38,638 bases of DNA. Source: Gemmatimonadaceae bacterium. Lineage in GTDB: Bacteria > Gemmatimonadota > Gemmatimonadetes > Gemmatimonadales > Gemmatimonadaceae. Position 1 is the stretch's first letter. The number at the start of each line of letters is the position of its first letter. The stretch is from assembly GCA_040374415.1 (NCBI GenBank), contig JBEIUK010000001.1, positions 1 through 38,638 of the forward strand, read 5' to 3'. The notes below the pieces were generated by a model. The model searched no databases and was not told the DNA's origin. It saw only the letters and a list, made by a program, of their open reading frames with translations. The position numbers and the translations under genes were made by a program. This document shows positions 9,072-19,269 of this stretch, one piece after another.

Positions 9072-10733
9072 TCAGCGCTGCGTCGGATCCACGGACCAGG
9101 CCGGGATGGTGTAGAACCAGCCATCGGCGCGGAACGGTGGCAGCTGGAGACGCCGGTGGGCCGCGACGACCGTGTGCTGTTCGAAGAGCCAGAGCGACGG
9201 GGCCTCGTCGATGGCGACTTGGAAGGCACGCGTCCACAGGCTCCGGCTCACGGCCGGTGCGAAGGCCGTGAGCGCACTGTCGGCCAGCTGGTCGAAGCGC
9301 GGGCTGCGATAGCCCTGATAATTCGAGGAACCTGTGGAGGTCCACACCTGCCGCACGCCTTGCAGCCCCGGTGACGCTTGGAAGCCACCGAGGTAGGCGT
9401 CAAAGTCCCGGGCATCAATGCGGGGGCCCAGCGTGGCGGGGTCCTGCGTGAGCACGGAGAGGTCAACGCCAATCGTCTTACAGGCCGCCTGCAGGAGCAC
9501 CGACATCCGGATGCGTGTGGGGCTCGAGCTCGGCACCAACAGCTCAAAGGCCAGGCGCTGCGTGCCACGCAGACGGGTGCCGTCGGCAGCGCGTCCCGTC
9601 CACCCGGCGCTGTCCAGCAGTGCCGAGGCGGCGGCGATATCGAACGGGAGGGGACGGAGCGCGGCGGTATCCGGAATCAGGGCACGTGGTGCTGGACCGA
9701 GTGCCACGGTCCCGAGGGAGTCCAGCACACTGCGCACGATCGTGGCACGATCGGTGGCCATGGTGAGTGCCCGCCGCACCCGCACATCGCCAAGGATCGG
9801 ATGCGGTGCCCCGGGCTTACCGATCGGCGACCGACGCGCCTCGAGGTTGAACCCGACAAAGGCGTAATTCAACTCAGTCGCAGGATGGAGCCGCAGGTTT
9901 GGTGCCTGACGGATCGCGGCGATCCCTTCCGGTCGCACCTGATCAAGAAAGTCCGCTTCGCCGGCGAGCAACTTGACGGTCGCGGCGGGCAGGTCAGGGA
10001 CATACGAAAAGACGAGTCGGTCAAGCGACGGTCGGCCACTGGCGCGCGTGCTGTCCGCGACGAGTTCCAGACGGGAGCCCGCCTCCCACCGCGCGAATCG
10101 GAAGGGCCCGCTGCCCACCGGCTGCCGGCCGAAAGGCGCGCGAACCAGTGCCGAGTCGGGGATCGCCGCCAGCTGATGCGCCGGCAGGATGTACATGGTG
10201 GCCGTCGCATCGAGAAATTGCTGCGGGGTGCGCCGCGCGAACCAGAATACCGCCGTGAGAGAATCACGCACGGTCACGGAATCGATGTTCTGCAGCAGGG
10301 TGCGCCCCTCACTCGCGACCACCGGCGACGTGTACACATGGAACGTGTAGCGCACATCCTCGGCGCGCACTGGAACGCCGTCATGCCAGCGCGCTTGTGG
10401 GTTGAGGGCGAAGGCGATCGACATCGAGTCGTTGGCCCATTGCCAGCGGCGGGCGAGGGCCGGCACGAATCCACTGTCACCGATTGTATTGAGCGCAGGG
10501 CCAAGTTCCGCCAGGCGTTCGAAGAGCATCGTCACCACGACCTGTTCCGGCACCTGTGACATGCGCGGCGGGAAGAGCGTGGCCGGTTCCGCCGTCTGCG
10601 CAATCACGATCGTCCCCCCCGCGCCGGCACGGCTCCGATCTCCGCGGCCGCAGGCCACCAGGGCCAGCAGGATCAGCGGGAGGGCGGCCAACGAGGGCGC
10701 ACGAAGGGGCGACCGACTGCGACGAGCAATCAT
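9072..10733 (-). CDS. oppA: Peptide ABC transporter substrate-binding lipoprotein (SBP family 5)
   Basis: Lipobox LVA-C, 'WHDGVPVRAEDV.YT', 'PVGSGPFRF' and 'VRRALTMATDR'. ATG at 10733. Confidence 0.88.
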   Translation of the reverse strand: MIARRSRSPLRAPSLAALPLILLALVACGRGDRSRAGAGGTIVIAQTAEPATLFPPRMSQVPEQVVVTMLFERLAELGPALNTIGDSGFVPALARRWQWANDSMSIAFALNPQARWHDGVPVRAEDVRYTFHVYTSPVVASEGRTLLQNIDSVTVRDSLTAVFWFARRTPQQFLDATATMYILPAHQLAAIPDSALVRAPFGRQPVGSGPFRFARWEAGSRLELVADSTRASGRPSLDRLVFSYVPDLPAATVKLLAGEADFLDQVRPEGIAAIRQAPNLRLHPATELNYAFVGFNLEARRSPIGKPGAPHPILGDVRVRRALTMATDRATIVRSVLDSLGTVALGPAPRALIPDTAALRPLPFDIAAASALLDSAGWTGRAADGTRLRGTQRLAFELLVPSSSPTRIRMSVLLQAACKTIGVDLSVLTQDPATLGPRIDARDFDAYLGGFQASPGLQGVRQVWTSTGSSNYQGYRSPRFDQLADSALTAFAPAVSRSLWTRAFQVAIDEAPSLWLFEQHTVVAAHRRLQLPPFRADGWFYTIPAWSVDPTQR

Positions 10734-10798
10734 TGGGAGCGATCGGAAGGAGGGAGAAGCAGGATGCGCGGTACGATGGGCACGATGCCCACGGGACG

Positions 10799-11620
10799 CT
10801 AGCGGCGCCAGAGCCAATCCGGTGCGTGGTAGTGCCGGGTCAGGGCGGTCACGTCATCGGCCGAGAGTTCGTCAGAGGGCAGGGGGGCCACCGATCCACC
10901 AGATCGTGCCATCCGGGCCACCAAGGCGCGCTCCAGCGCCTCCGCGACCGCCGACGGACTGGGGCAGGTCGGCAGCAGCTCCGTGAGCGTGGCGGGGGGC
11001 TGCGCAGCGGGGGTGGCGGGCGGTGATGGCAGGAGGTCGCGTAATTGGTCCTGCGCGTTCTCCAACAGAATGCTGCCATGCTGCAAGTACGCGCCGCGGT
11101 CCCGCCAGACGGCGCTCCCCACCAGCTTCGCCCCGTGGACCGTGATCTCGCCCTCAGCCGGTTGATCGAAACAGACCGGCCCAACGGGGCGGAGCGGATC
11201 CCCGTCCGCACGCTCCGCCAGCGTGGCCGGCACCCCAAGCGCCTGAAGAGCGTCCAGCAGAATCGCGTTGACGGCGCCGTAGAGGCGCGTCCAGGGCACC
11301 CCGGGGGGCATGGGGACCGCGACGCTATAGGTCAGCTCGGCGGCATGCAGGAGGGCGCGCCCGCCCGTCGGGCGCCGGACCGCATCCAGCCCGGCCGCGG
11401 TGAGTGCGTCGGCGGTACACCGCCCCCGTACGGTCTCATTCCGACCAAACGAGACCGTTGGACGCGACCAGCGGTAGCAGCGCCAGATCCCCCGGCCCGT
11501 CCGGGTCGCGGTCGCCATCAGCGCGGTATCGACCGCCATGTTGACCGACCCGCTGGCCGGTTCGGACTGTATGTACCACCATCGCGCCGGCAGCGCCGGC
11601 CCACCCGAATCGTCGGTCAC
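10799..11620 (-). CDS. Lipoate-protein ligase/octanoyltransferase family (LplA/LipM-like, BPL_LplA_LipB catalytic domain only)
   Basis: 'NMAVDTAL', 'PTVSFGRN', 'VRRPTGGRALLH', 'CF', 'KLVGSA' and 'LQHGSIL'. Divergent from gcvP. Confidence 0.88.
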   Translation of the reverse strand: MTDDSGGPALPARWWYIQSEPASGSVNMAVDTALMATATRTGRGIWRCYRWSRPTVSFGRNETVRGRCTADALTAAGLDAVRRPTGGRALLHAAELTYSVAVPMPPGVPWTRLYGAVNAILLDALQALGVPATLAERADGDPLRPVGPVCFDQPAEGEITVHGAKLVGSAVWRDRGAYLQHGSILLENAQDQLRDLLPSPPATPAAQPPATLTELLPTCPSPSAVAEALERALVARMARSGGSVAPLPSDELSADDVTALTRHYHAPDWLWRR

Positions 11621-11622
11621 CT

Positions 11623-11635
11623 CAGTAAGTTACTG
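11623..11635. promoter_or_regulatory. Palindrome CAGTAA-G-TTACTG overlapping a putative -10 box (TAACTT) of the lipoate ligase gene
   Basis: Perfect 6-1-6 inverted repeat in the short divergent intergenic region. On the minus strand it reads TAACTT-N6-GTG. Confidence 0.4.
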
Positions 11636-11718
11636 CGGCTGCCGAACGCTTGGCGTTCCGGCCTGATCTGCACATTCCCGACGCGCCCGGGCTCCGGCCC
11701 GTAATCCTGAGGAAGGTC

Positions 11719-14613
11719 ATGGCAACCCGTTCCGCTACGATGGCATCCTTCGCGGCCGATTCGTTTCTGCCGCGCCACATTGGCCCATCGCGCGCTGAGC
11801 AGCAGCAGATGCTCGCGACGCTGGGCTACGACTCGCTTGATGCCTTCATCGACGCGGTCGTTCCCGAAAAAATCCGCTTTCGCGGCACGCTGGCGACCGG
11901 TGCTGCCCAGAGTGAGCCGGAAGTGCTGGCGGCGCTGGCCGACCTCGCGGCGAAGAACCAGCGCTATCGGTCGTTCCTCGGCATGGGCTACTACGGCACC
12001 CACACGCCTGGCGTGATTCTCCGCAACATCATGGAGAATCCGGCGTGGTACACGGCGTACACGCCGTATCAGGCCGAGATCGCGCAGGGTCGTCTGGAGG
12101 CGCTGCTCAACTACCAGACCGCGGTGGTCGAGTTGACGGGGCTCGAGATCGCGAATGCGTCGCTCCTCGACGAAGGCACGGCCGCGGCCGAAGCGATGGC
12201 GCTGGCGCTCGCCTCAAAGGGCTCGGCGACACGGAACACCTATGTGATCGCGGCGGATTGTCATCCGCAGACGATTGAAGTGGTGCGCGCGCGCGCCGAA
12301 GCACGTGGCGCCTCGGTGGTGGTGGCGGACGCGATGGCGCTCCCGCTCGACGACACGGTCTTTGGCGTGCTGCTGCAGTACCCGGGCACCGACGGCGCCG
12401 TGGTGGATTACCGCGCGGTGTGCGAACAGGCGCACGCGGCCGGCGCGCTGGTGACGGTCGCGTCGGATCTGCTGGCGCTCTGCCTCCTGACGCCCCCGGG
12501 CGAATGGGGCGCCGACATGGTGGTTGGCAGCGCGCAGCGCTTTGGCGTGCCGATGGGCTTTGGTGGCCCGCACGCGGCCTTCTTCGCCGCGCGCGACGAA
12601 TACAAGCGCCTGCTGCCCGGACGCATTATTGGCGTATCACGCGACAGCGATGGCAAGCCGGCGCTGCGTATGGCCCTGCAGACGCGCGAGCAGCACATCC
12701 GGCGCGAGAAGGCCACCAGCAATGTCTGCACCGCGCAGGTGTTGCTGTCGGTCATGGCCGGGATGTACGCCGTTTATCACGGCCCCGAGGGGCTGACGCG
12801 GATCGCGACGCGTGTGCATGCGCTCGCGGCCACGCTGGCCACTGGGCTGGAGCGGCTGGGCTTCGCGATCACGCACGCCAACTTCTTCGATACCGTGCGG
12901 GTGGAAGTGGGCGCGCATGGGCAGGCCGATATTCTGGCGGCCGCCGACCGGCACCAGATCAACCTGCGAGTGCTGGAGCCCGGCACGCTGACGATCGCCG
13001 TGGATGAAACCACGACGCCGGCTGACGTGATGGATCTCTGGACGGTCTTCAATACGGGCGATGCCCCCGACTTCACCTTTGAAGACGTCGTGGCCTCGAC
13101 GGACATCCGCTACGACGAGCGGTTCCGTCGCGTGTCGCCGTTCCTCACGCATCCGGTCTTCCATCGCTATCACAGCGAAACCGAGATGCTGCGGTACATC
13201 TACATGCTGCAGGCGAAGGACTTCTCCCTCGTGCATGGCATGATCCCGCTTGGCTCGTGCACGATGAAGCTGAACGCCACCGCCGAGATGATTCCGGTGA
13301 CGTGGCCCGGCTTTGGCCAGCTGCATCCGTTTGCGCCGTCGTCGCAGACGGTGGGGTACGCGGAGCTGTTCCGGCAGTTGGAACATGACCTGGCAGAGGT
13401 GACGGGATTTGCGGGTGTGTCGCTGCAGCCGAACGCTGGCTCGCAGGGTGAGTATGCTGGGTTGCTTGTGATCCGCGCCTATCACCGGTCGCGTGGCGAT
13501 GCGCATCGCACGGTGTGCCTGATTCCGCAGTCGGCCCATGGGACGAACCCGGCCAGTGCGGTCATGGCGGGATTCACGGTGGTGGTGGTGCGGACCGACG
13601 CCGAAGGGAACATCGACGTCGACGATCTCCGCGCGAAGGCTGAAGAGCACGCGGCGAATCTCGGGGCGTTGATGGTGACCTACCCGTCTACGCACGGCGT
13701 GTTCGAAGAACGCATCAAGGAGATCACCGCGCTGGTGCATCAGCATGGCGGTCAGGTGTACATGGACGGCGCCAATATGAACGCGATGGTGGGTGTGTCG
13801 CGTCCGGGGGATTTGGGGGCCGACGTCTGCCACCTCAACCTGCACAAGACTTTCTGCATTCCGCACGGCGGTGGTGGTCCGGGGATGGGGCCGATTGGTG
13901 TGGCGCCGCAGTTGGTGCCGTTCCTCCCGTCGCATCCGGTGGTCAGCACGGGTGGCAGCCAGGCGATTGGGCCGGTGTCTGCGGCCCCATGGGGGAGCGC
14001 GAGCATTCTCCCGATCTCCTACGTGTACATCCGCCTGATGGGTGGCGAAGGGCTGGCGGAGGCGACCAAGGTCGCGATCCTCAACGCCAACTACATCGCC
14101 AAGCAGCTTGAAGCGCACTACCCGGTGCTCTACCGTGGGCAGCATGGTCTCGTGGCGCATGAGTGCATTCTCGACACGCGAGCGCTGAAGGCGGCGGCGG
14201 GGGTGGAAGTCGAAGACATTGCGAAGCGGCTCATGGACTACGGCTTCCATGCGCCGACGATTTCCTTCCCGGTGGCGGGCACCGTCATGGTGGAGCCGAC
14301 GGAGAGCGAGTCGAAGGTTGAGCTCGACCGATTCATCGAAGCGATGATTGGCATTCGCCAGGAGATCGCGGCGATTGAACGCGGGGACGCTGACCGCGAG
14401 CAGAACGTGCTCAAGCGGGCGCCGCACACGGCCGCGCAGGTCACGGGCGATGCCTGGGACCGTCCGTATTCGCGTGAGCTGGCGGCGTATCCGACGCCGT
14501 GGACGCGGGCCCAGAAGTTCTGGCCGGCGGTGGGTCGTGTGGAGAGCGCCTATGGCGATCGCAACCTCGTCTGCTCCTGCCCGCCGATTGAGGAGTACGC
14601 CGGCGCGCGGTAA
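11719..14613 (+). CDS. gcvP: Glycine dehydrogenase (aminomethyl-transferring), single-chain P-protein
   Basis: 'FLPRHIGP', '[20 protein letters not shown]', '[18 protein letters not shown]', '[12 protein letters not shown]', PLP-lysine motif 'HLNLHKTF' and '[11 protein letters not shown]'. RBS gaggaagg lies before ATG 11719. Confidence 0.97.
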   Translation: MATRSATMASFAADSFLPRHIGPSRAEQQQMLATLGYDSLDAFIDAVVPEKIRFRGTLATGAAQSEPEVLAALADLAAKNQRYRSFLGMGYYGTHTPGVILRNIMENPAWYTAYTPYQAEIAQGRLEALLNYQTAVVELTGLEIANASLLDEGTAAAEAMALALASKGSATRNTYVIAADCHPQTIEVVRARAEARGASVVVADAMALPLDDTVFGVLLQYPGTDGAVVDYRAVCEQAHAAGALVTVASDLLALCLLTPPGEWGADMVVGSAQRFGVPMGFGGPHAAFFAARDEYKRLLPGRIIGVSRDSDGKPALRMALQTREQHIRREKATSNVCTAQVLLSVMAGMYAVYHGPEGLTRIATRVHALAATLATGLERLGFAITHANFFDTVRVEVGAHGQADILAAADRHQINLRVLEPGTLTIAVDETTTPADVMDLWTVFNTGDAPDFTFEDVVASTDIRYDERFRRVSPFLTHPVFHRYHSETEMLRYIYMLQAKDFSLVHGMIPLGSCTMKLNATAEMIPVTWPGFGQLHPFAPSSQTVGYAELFRQLEHDLAEVTGFAGVSLQPNAGSQGEYAGLLVIRAYHRSRGDAHRTVCLIPQSAHGTNPASAVMAGFTVVVVRTDAEGNIDVDDLRAKAEEHAANLGALMVTYPSTHGVFEERIKEITALVHQHGGQVYMDGANMNAMVGVSRPGDLGADVCHLNLHKTFCIPHGGGGPGMGPIGVAPQLVPFLPSHPVVSTGGSQAIGPVSAAPWGSASILPISYVYIRLMGGEGLAEATKVAILNANYIAKQLEAHYPVLYRGQHGLVAHECILDTRALKAAAGVEVEDIAKRLMDYGFHAPTISFPVAGTVMVEPTESESKVELDRFIEAMIGIRQEIAAIERGDADREQNVLKRAPHTAAQVTGDAWDRPYSRELAAYPTPWTRAQKFWPAVGRVESAYGDRNLVCSCPPIEEYAGAR

Positions 14614-14642
14614 CGCCGGGCCGAACACGCGGTGCACAACGC

Positions 14643-14681
14643 ACAACGCCCCCGCCGGAACCGATCCGGCGGGGGCGTTGT
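14643..14681. terminator. Strong hairpin, likely a bidirectional terminator between gcvP and gcvH
   Basis: acaacgcccccgccgga-accga-tccggcgggggcgttgt forms a perfect 17-bp stem. Confidence 0.75.
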
Positions 14682-14697
14682 ACTGCCGATGGGTTGA

Positions 14698-15081
14698 TTA
14701 TTCGCCGAGCTGGCTCTTGTACTCGTCGGCGCTGAGCAGGCCGGCGTCGCCGCCGGGGGCCAGGCGCACCTTGATCATCCAGCCGTCCCCGTAGGGATCG
14801 GTGTTGATCAGCGCCGGCTCGCCGTCGATGCGCGCATTGATCTCCACGACTTCACCGGCCACCGGCATGTACAACTCGGACACCGCCTTCACGGCTTCGA
14901 CCGTCCCGAAGACGTCGTGGGCGCCGTAGGTCGTCCCGACCTTCGGCAGTTCGACGTACACGATGTCGCCCAGCTCACCCTGCGCGAAGTCCGTGATGCC
15001 GATGGCGACGACGCCGGCGTCGGTCGACCGGACGTATTCGTGGTCCTTGGTGTAGCGCAGGTCAGCGGGGATGTTCGACAC
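14698..15081 (-). CDS. gcvH: Glycine cleavage system H protein
   Basis: 'PADLRYTKDHEY', 'GITDFAQGELGDIVYVELP', lipoyl-lysine motif 'EAVKAVSE' and 'NTDPYGDGW'. GGAG RBS lies before GTG 15081. Confidence 0.96.
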   Translation of the reverse strand: MSNIPADLRYTKDHEYVRSTDAGVVAIGITDFAQGELGDIVYVELPKVGTTYGAHDVFGTVEAVKAVSELYMPVAGEVVEINARIDGEPALINTDPYGDGWMIKVRLAPGGDAGLLSADEYKSQLGE

Positions 15082-15110
15082 GAGGGCAACTCCGGGGAAG
15101 AAGCGGGACG

Positions 15111-15764
15111 TCAGGGATGCGACGCCGAGGCGCGTTGAGCGGCCAAGGCGCAGATGGCGAGCCACACAGTGGTGACATGTGCTTCAAGGTGCACACGGGA
15201 GCCGTCGTTGTCGATGACCCAGGTGGCCCCGGCGCGTTTTTGGGCGCTGGGCCACTGCGCGGCGATCATCGCGTCCGCGTCGGCTGGGGGGAGGCCGCGG
15301 TCCCCGATGAGCCGGGCCCGCCGCGTCGCCTCCGGGGCATCCACCAGCAGGACCGCGTCGAAGGCGTACTCGAGACCGACCTCGAAGAGCAGGGGAATGT
15401 CGGAGATCACGACCCGATCGCCGCGGGCGGTCGCCTCCGCCAGCCGAGCCTCCCGCAACTGGCCGACGCGTGGATGCACGATGGCATTCAACGTGGTGCG
15501 GGCCAGCGGGTCATGAAAGACCCGCTGTCGGAGCCGTTCGCGGTCGAGCGTTCCGTCCGGCCCCACCACGGTGGGGCCGAAGCTCTCCACTACCTCGGCG
15601 AAGCCGGGCGAGCCCGGGGCGACGGCCTCACGCGCCAGTTGGTCGGCGTCGATCAGGGTGGCGCCGTGGGCCACCAACAGCGCCGCCACCGTCGACTTTC
15701 CGCTCGCAATGTTGCCGGTCAGGCCAACGTGCAGCGGACGGTGGGGCGTGGGCGAGGGATCCAT
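15111..15764 (-). CDS. coaE: Dephospho-CoA kinase
   Basis: 'VGLTGNIASGKST', 'IDADQLAR', 'LNAIVHP', 'DIPLLFE' and 'VIDNDG'. Confidence 0.95.
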   Translation of the reverse strand: MDPSPTPHRPLHVGLTGNIASGKSTVAALLVAHGATLIDADQLAREAVAPGSPGFAEVVESFGPTVVGPDGTLDRERLRQRVFHDPLARTTLNAIVHPRVGQLREARLAEATARGDRVVISDIPLLFEVGLEYAFDAVLLVDAPEATRRARLIGDRGLPPADADAMIAAQWPSAQKRAGATWVIDNDGSRVHLEAHVTTVWLAICALAAQRASASHP

Positions 15765-15802
15765 GCCGGAGAAGGTAGAACGGGCGGGGATCCTCTGTCT
15801 AC

Positions 15803-15832
15803 GGAAAACGGCGACGCGGGGGCGTCGCCGTT
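15803..15832 (-). terminator. Intrinsic terminator after the AraC-like gene
   Basis: aacggcgacgc-gggg-gcgtcgccgtt stem. On the minus strand it ends in TTTTCC. Confidence 0.65.
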
Positions 15833-15848
15833 CGAAAAACCGGAGCGA

Positions 15849-16670
15849 TCAGGCGGCTGCGTGGTTGTCCGCCGGTTCGTCATCCTCGTGCAGGTGAATC
15901 TCGCGCCGCTTCTCGCGATTGAGGAGCAGCTCCGTGATCACCCACGACGCGCCACCGTGGGCCCGGATCTGATGCGGCGTACAGCCGAGATAGCGCTGAC
16001 AGGTGTTGCGGAAGGCGCTCCCCGAGGGGAACTCCAGCGCGGCCGCGACGCTATCGGCGCTCCGCGTGCCGTCTTCCAGCATGCTGGCGGCCACGATCAA
16101 CCGGCCCCAGGTCAGCAGCTGATGCGGCGGCGGCAACTCCGCGCCTTCAAGGCGCTTGGAGAGCAGACGACGCGAGACATTCATGAGGCGCGCGAGGCTG
16201 TCCGGATTGAGCTGCTCATGCGCCCGCGTGACGGAGAGCATGAGCGCGTCTCGCACCACATTGCGCAGGCCGGCGAGGTGCGGCTTGAGGAGGCTCGACA
16301 CGCTGCGCGCTTCGGCCTGATCGAGCTGCGCGCCCAACTGCGCCGGCGAATCGGTTTCGTTGGCGATGACCAGGACATCGATCCCACTGCGGCCGGCATC
16401 GAACACGTCCCGCGCCCGCTCCAGCGTCATGTCGATGTATGCGACGAGCGCGGCGCGCGGCGCCCGCAACCGCAGCTGCCGGACCCGCTCGAAATCGGCC
16501 GTGCCGTCGACGTAGAGGTCAAACACCACCACGTTGACCGGACCGCGCTCACAGGCGCGGGTCAGCGACGCCCAGTCTTCGCTGGGGACAAACCGATACC
16601 GGTCGCGCGCCACGCTCCGAAGGCGTGCCAAGCGTTCATCATGGGCCAGCAGGGTCGCAATGACGCCCAT
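15849..16670 (-). CDS. AraC/HTH_18-type transcriptional regulator with a degenerate receiver-like N-terminal domain
   Basis: Double HTH 'DSLARLMNVSRRLLSKRL...RLIVAASMLE...SADSVAAALEFPSGSAFRNTCQRYLGCTPHQIR'. The N-terminus has a 'NVVVFDL...VRQLR..APRAALVAY' REC-like pattern. Confidence 0.75.
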   Translation of the reverse strand: MGVIATLLAHDERLARLRSVARDRYRFVPSEDWASLTRACERGPVNVVVFDLYVDGTADFERVRQLRLRAPRAALVAYIDMTLERARDVFDAGRSGIDVLVIANETDSPAQLGAQLDQAEARSVSSLLKPHLAGLRNVVRDALMLSVTRAHEQLNPDSLARLMNVSRRLLSKRLEGAELPPPHQLLTWGRLIVAASMLEDGTRSADSVAAALEFPSGSAFRNTCQRYLGCTPHQIRAHGGASWVITELLLNREKRREIHLHEDDEPADNHAAA

Positions 16671-16749
16671 GCAGCAATCCGTGCAAAGTGGGAGCGAGAG
16701 AACAACGGGGCCACCCAGAAGACGCTGCCCCGCCCGCTACGTCACATTA

Positions 16750-17361
16750 TCACAGGAGCTGCTGCTGCCCCTCGTCGCGACGGGGGACGATGTGGCAGGC
16801 GCGACAGCGCGCTTCGTAGCTGTCGGCGGCCCCCACCATGATCGTGGGGGATTCATAGGGGGCGGGCTTCCCGTCCAGGAGCCGTTGATTGCGGCTGGCG
16901 GGGGATCCGCAGAGGACGCAGATCGCGTGGAGCTTGTCCACCACTTCGGCCACGGCCATGAGCTGTGGCATCGCGCCAAACGGTTCGCCACGGAAGTCCG
17001 TGTCGGTACCGGCCAGGATGACCCGGCGGCCCCGGTCGGCGAGCGCCGAGGCCACCTGGACGATGCCCGCGTCGAGGAACTGTGCCTCGTCGATGGCAAT
17101 CACCTGCGCCATGGGGTCCAGTCGAAGCATGATCTGCGCCGAGCTGTCCACCGGGACCGCTTCCACGGTCCGGCGGTCATGGCTGGAAATCGCGAGGAGC
17201 CCGGCGTAGCGATCGTCCAGGTGGGACTTGAAGACCTGTACCCGTTTCCGGGCAATGGTGGCGCGCCGGACGCGACGCATGAGCTCCTCGGACTTGCCGC
17301 TGAACATCACGCCGGCCACCACCTCGATCCACCCGCCAGACACCTGGAACGCACCACTCAT
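16750..17361 (-). CDS. tdk: Thymidine kinase
   Basis: '[11 protein letters not shown]', 'IAIDEAQF', 'DFRGEPFG' and zinc sites 'CVLCG' and 'YEARCRACH'. Confidence 0.96.
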   Translation of the reverse strand: MSGAFQVSGGWIEVVAGVMFSGKSEELMRRVRRATIARKRVQVFKSHLDDRYAGLLAISSHDRRTVEAVPVDSSAQIMLRLDPMAQVIAIDEAQFLDAGIVQVASALADRGRRVILAGTDTDFRGEPFGAMPQLMAVAEVVDKLHAICVLCGSPASRNQRLLDGKPAPYESPTIMVGAADSYEARCRACHIVPRRDEGQQQLL

Positions 17362-17385
17362 CGCCGAGCTCCCTGCCGTACGGAA

Positions 17386-19269
17386 TTAGTCGTTGCTGCG
17401 GGGGGGACGGGGCGGGCGCTTGGCATTGGCCATGCGCGTCCCGCGTTCCGACCACTCCCGGGTCCCCTCGGCGCGTTCGCGCGCGGGGCGATCCCCGAAG
17501 GCGCGACGCGCTTCGTCTGCCCGGAACGTGCCACGCGGGGCGCCGTCGCGCGACCCTCCTTCACGGGGGCCACTCCGCGGGCCACTGGGACGCGGACCAC
17601 CCGGCCGCGGGCCACTGGGGCGGCCGCCCTCACGACCACCCTCACGACCACCCTCGCGGCCGCCTTCACGGCCGCCTTCACGGCCTCCCCCGTCTCGACC
17701 GCCACTCCGGGGCGCCCGATCACGGAAACCGCCGTCACGACCGCCATCACGGCCACCCTCGCGCGGGCCACGGGGGCCGGCGCCGGGGCGCGGGCCGCTC
17801 CGCATGGGGCGATCGCCGCCACCACCGGCCCGGTCATCGATCCGGGCGTTGAGGCGTCGGCCACGCACCGAGACCGATTCCAGTGCCTTGACGGCCTTCA
17901 TGGCGTCTTCGGCGCCCAATTCGACCAGCGCGTGCGATTCGAACAGCTCGATCCCGCCGATGCGGGACCCTTCGATCCCTGCCTCGTTCGCGATCGCACC
18001 GACGAGATCCCCCACGCGAACGCCATCGCGCTTGCCCACGCCCAGGAAGAGCCGCTGCGGCCCCGTCAGGGCGGCGCCAGCGCCGGCCGCCGTGGCACCC
18101 GCCCGGAGCGGGGCCTGTGCGGCCAGCGCCGTCAGCGTCGCCATGGACGCGCTCCGCTCTGCCAAGCTATCGAGGGCGGTTTCATACAGGTGCAACGCCG
18201 CCGCGGCCAGGGCGACCGCGTCATGTGCCTCGAGCAGCGGGACGAGCACAGCGAGCGTGCTCGTGGCGCGCGTGGCGGGACCATGGAGCGCCTCGACCAG
18301 GGCGTTCCGGAGCGCGGTCACGCGACCGGACGCGGCGTTGCTGCGGGCCGGTGAGGCCCACGCGATGGCCGACCCGGCGGTGAGGCGCAGGAAAGCCGGC
18401 AGTTCGTCCGGGGTGAGCAGCGTCACCGCTTGGATCGGCTTGATCGCCAGCGCGGCGGTGAGCGTTTCCGCGGCGGCCGGCGCCTCCCAGAGGACCACGA
18501 GGGCGACATGCTCCGTGGTCGCCTGACGGGCCACCTGAATGGCATGGCCATCAACCACCAGGCCGAGCCGCGTGAGCGCCTCATGGGCCGCCCGATCGGC
18601 GACCTCGTTGGCGGTCAGGATCAGCAATGATGGCGGATCCAGGGCGTCGAGCAGATCGCGGACCGCTTCGCCGCGCGCATTGGCCGCGGTGATGAGGTAC
18701 TGCGGGACCACCGCCAACGGCGCGTCGATCGCGCTCGGCGGCGCGATGCGGCGGGCCTTCCGCAGCTGGGCATCGAGGAACTCGGTGACGTCGGGGCCTT
18801 CGGCGTCGACGGTCGCCACACGGAGCGCGTCGCTGGGGATGTCCCCGAGGAGCGCGCGCAGCGCGTCGACGGCGCCGGCGGCGAGGAGGTCGTCGAGCCC
18901 AATAAGGATGACCGCCTTGAGATGATCGAGCGGCAGCGCCGCATCCTTGCGGAGGGCGAGCAGATCGGCGGGGGTGCCCGCGATCACGGCCACCGGGCCG
19001 TTGGCGATTACACGGCGCGCACGCGCCACCTGACTGACGGGCACGACGCGGGCGGTGAGATCAGCCAGCAACAGCCGGGCCTGATCGGCGGCGCTGAGCG
19101 CCTGTTCCACAGAGGGGCAAATCAACAGGCACGCCGGCCCGGATTCCCCCGTTTCACGACTGCGTTCAATCCCGGGACGCATAGCCGCAGCCATCGTCCG
19201 TGCATCGGCCGGTCCCTGCAGCACCACCATCTGGCTGCGCGCCGCGCCTTCCCCTTTCTCCTCGCCCAA
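17386..19269 (-). CDS. DeaD/CsdA-like protein with a DbpA RNA-binding domain and RGG-like tail; helicase motifs degenerate
   Basis: Clear DbpA domain 'RLFLGVGKRDGVRVGDLVGAIANEAGIEGSRIGGIELFESHALVEL'. Remnants of motif Ia (LLICPSVEQA), Ib (GTPADLL) and II (ILIGLDDLL). The TTG start is uncertain. Confidence 0.75.
   Translation of the reverse strand: MGEEKGEGAARSQMVVLQGPADARTMAAAMRPGIERSRETGESGPACLLICPSVEQALSAADQARLLLADLTARVVPVSQVARARRVIANGPVAVIAGTPADLLALRKDAALPLDHLKAVILIGLDDLLAAGAVDALRALLGDIPSDALRVATVDAEGPDVTEFLDAQLRKARRIAPPSAIDAPLAVVPQYLITAANARGEAVRDLLDALDPPSLLILTANEVADRAAHEALTRLGLVVDGHAIQVARQATTEHVALVVLWEAPAAAETLTAALAIKPIQAVTLLTPDELPAFLRLTAGSAIAWASPARSNAASGRVTALRNALVEALHGPATRATSTLAVLVPLLEAHDAVALAAAALHLYETALDSLAERSASMATLTALAAQAPLRAGATAAGAGAALTGPQRLFLGVGKRDGVRVGDLVGAIANEAGIEGSRIGGIELFESHALVELGAEDAMKAVKALESVSVRGRRLNARIDDRAGGGGDRPMRSGPRPGAGPRGPREGGRDGGRDGGFRDRAPRSGGRDGGGREGGREGGREGGREGGREGGRPSGPRPGGPRPSGPRSGPREGGSRDGAPRGTFRADEARRAFGDRPARERAEGTREWSERGTRMANAKRPPRPPRSND
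17627..17686 (-). repeat. 12-bp coding tandem repeat (GGRE)x5 within a longer GGR[DE]/GPR tail
   Basis: ccctcacgacca x2, ccctcgcggccg, ccttcacggccg, ccttcacggcct. Confidence 0.8.

Noticed and set aside
11621-11718. Glycine riboswitch upstream of gcvP
   Set aside because: The intergenic region is only 98 bp and lacks the GGAGA...CCGAAG...CUCUCAGG pattern.
12637-14646. 669-aa antisense ORF inside gcvP (similar cases: 22980..24716, 19293..20726, 15117..16841, 16534..18354, 1668..3230)
   Set aside because: Typical stop-poor antisense frames of high-GC genes. The opposite strand carries the conserved protein.
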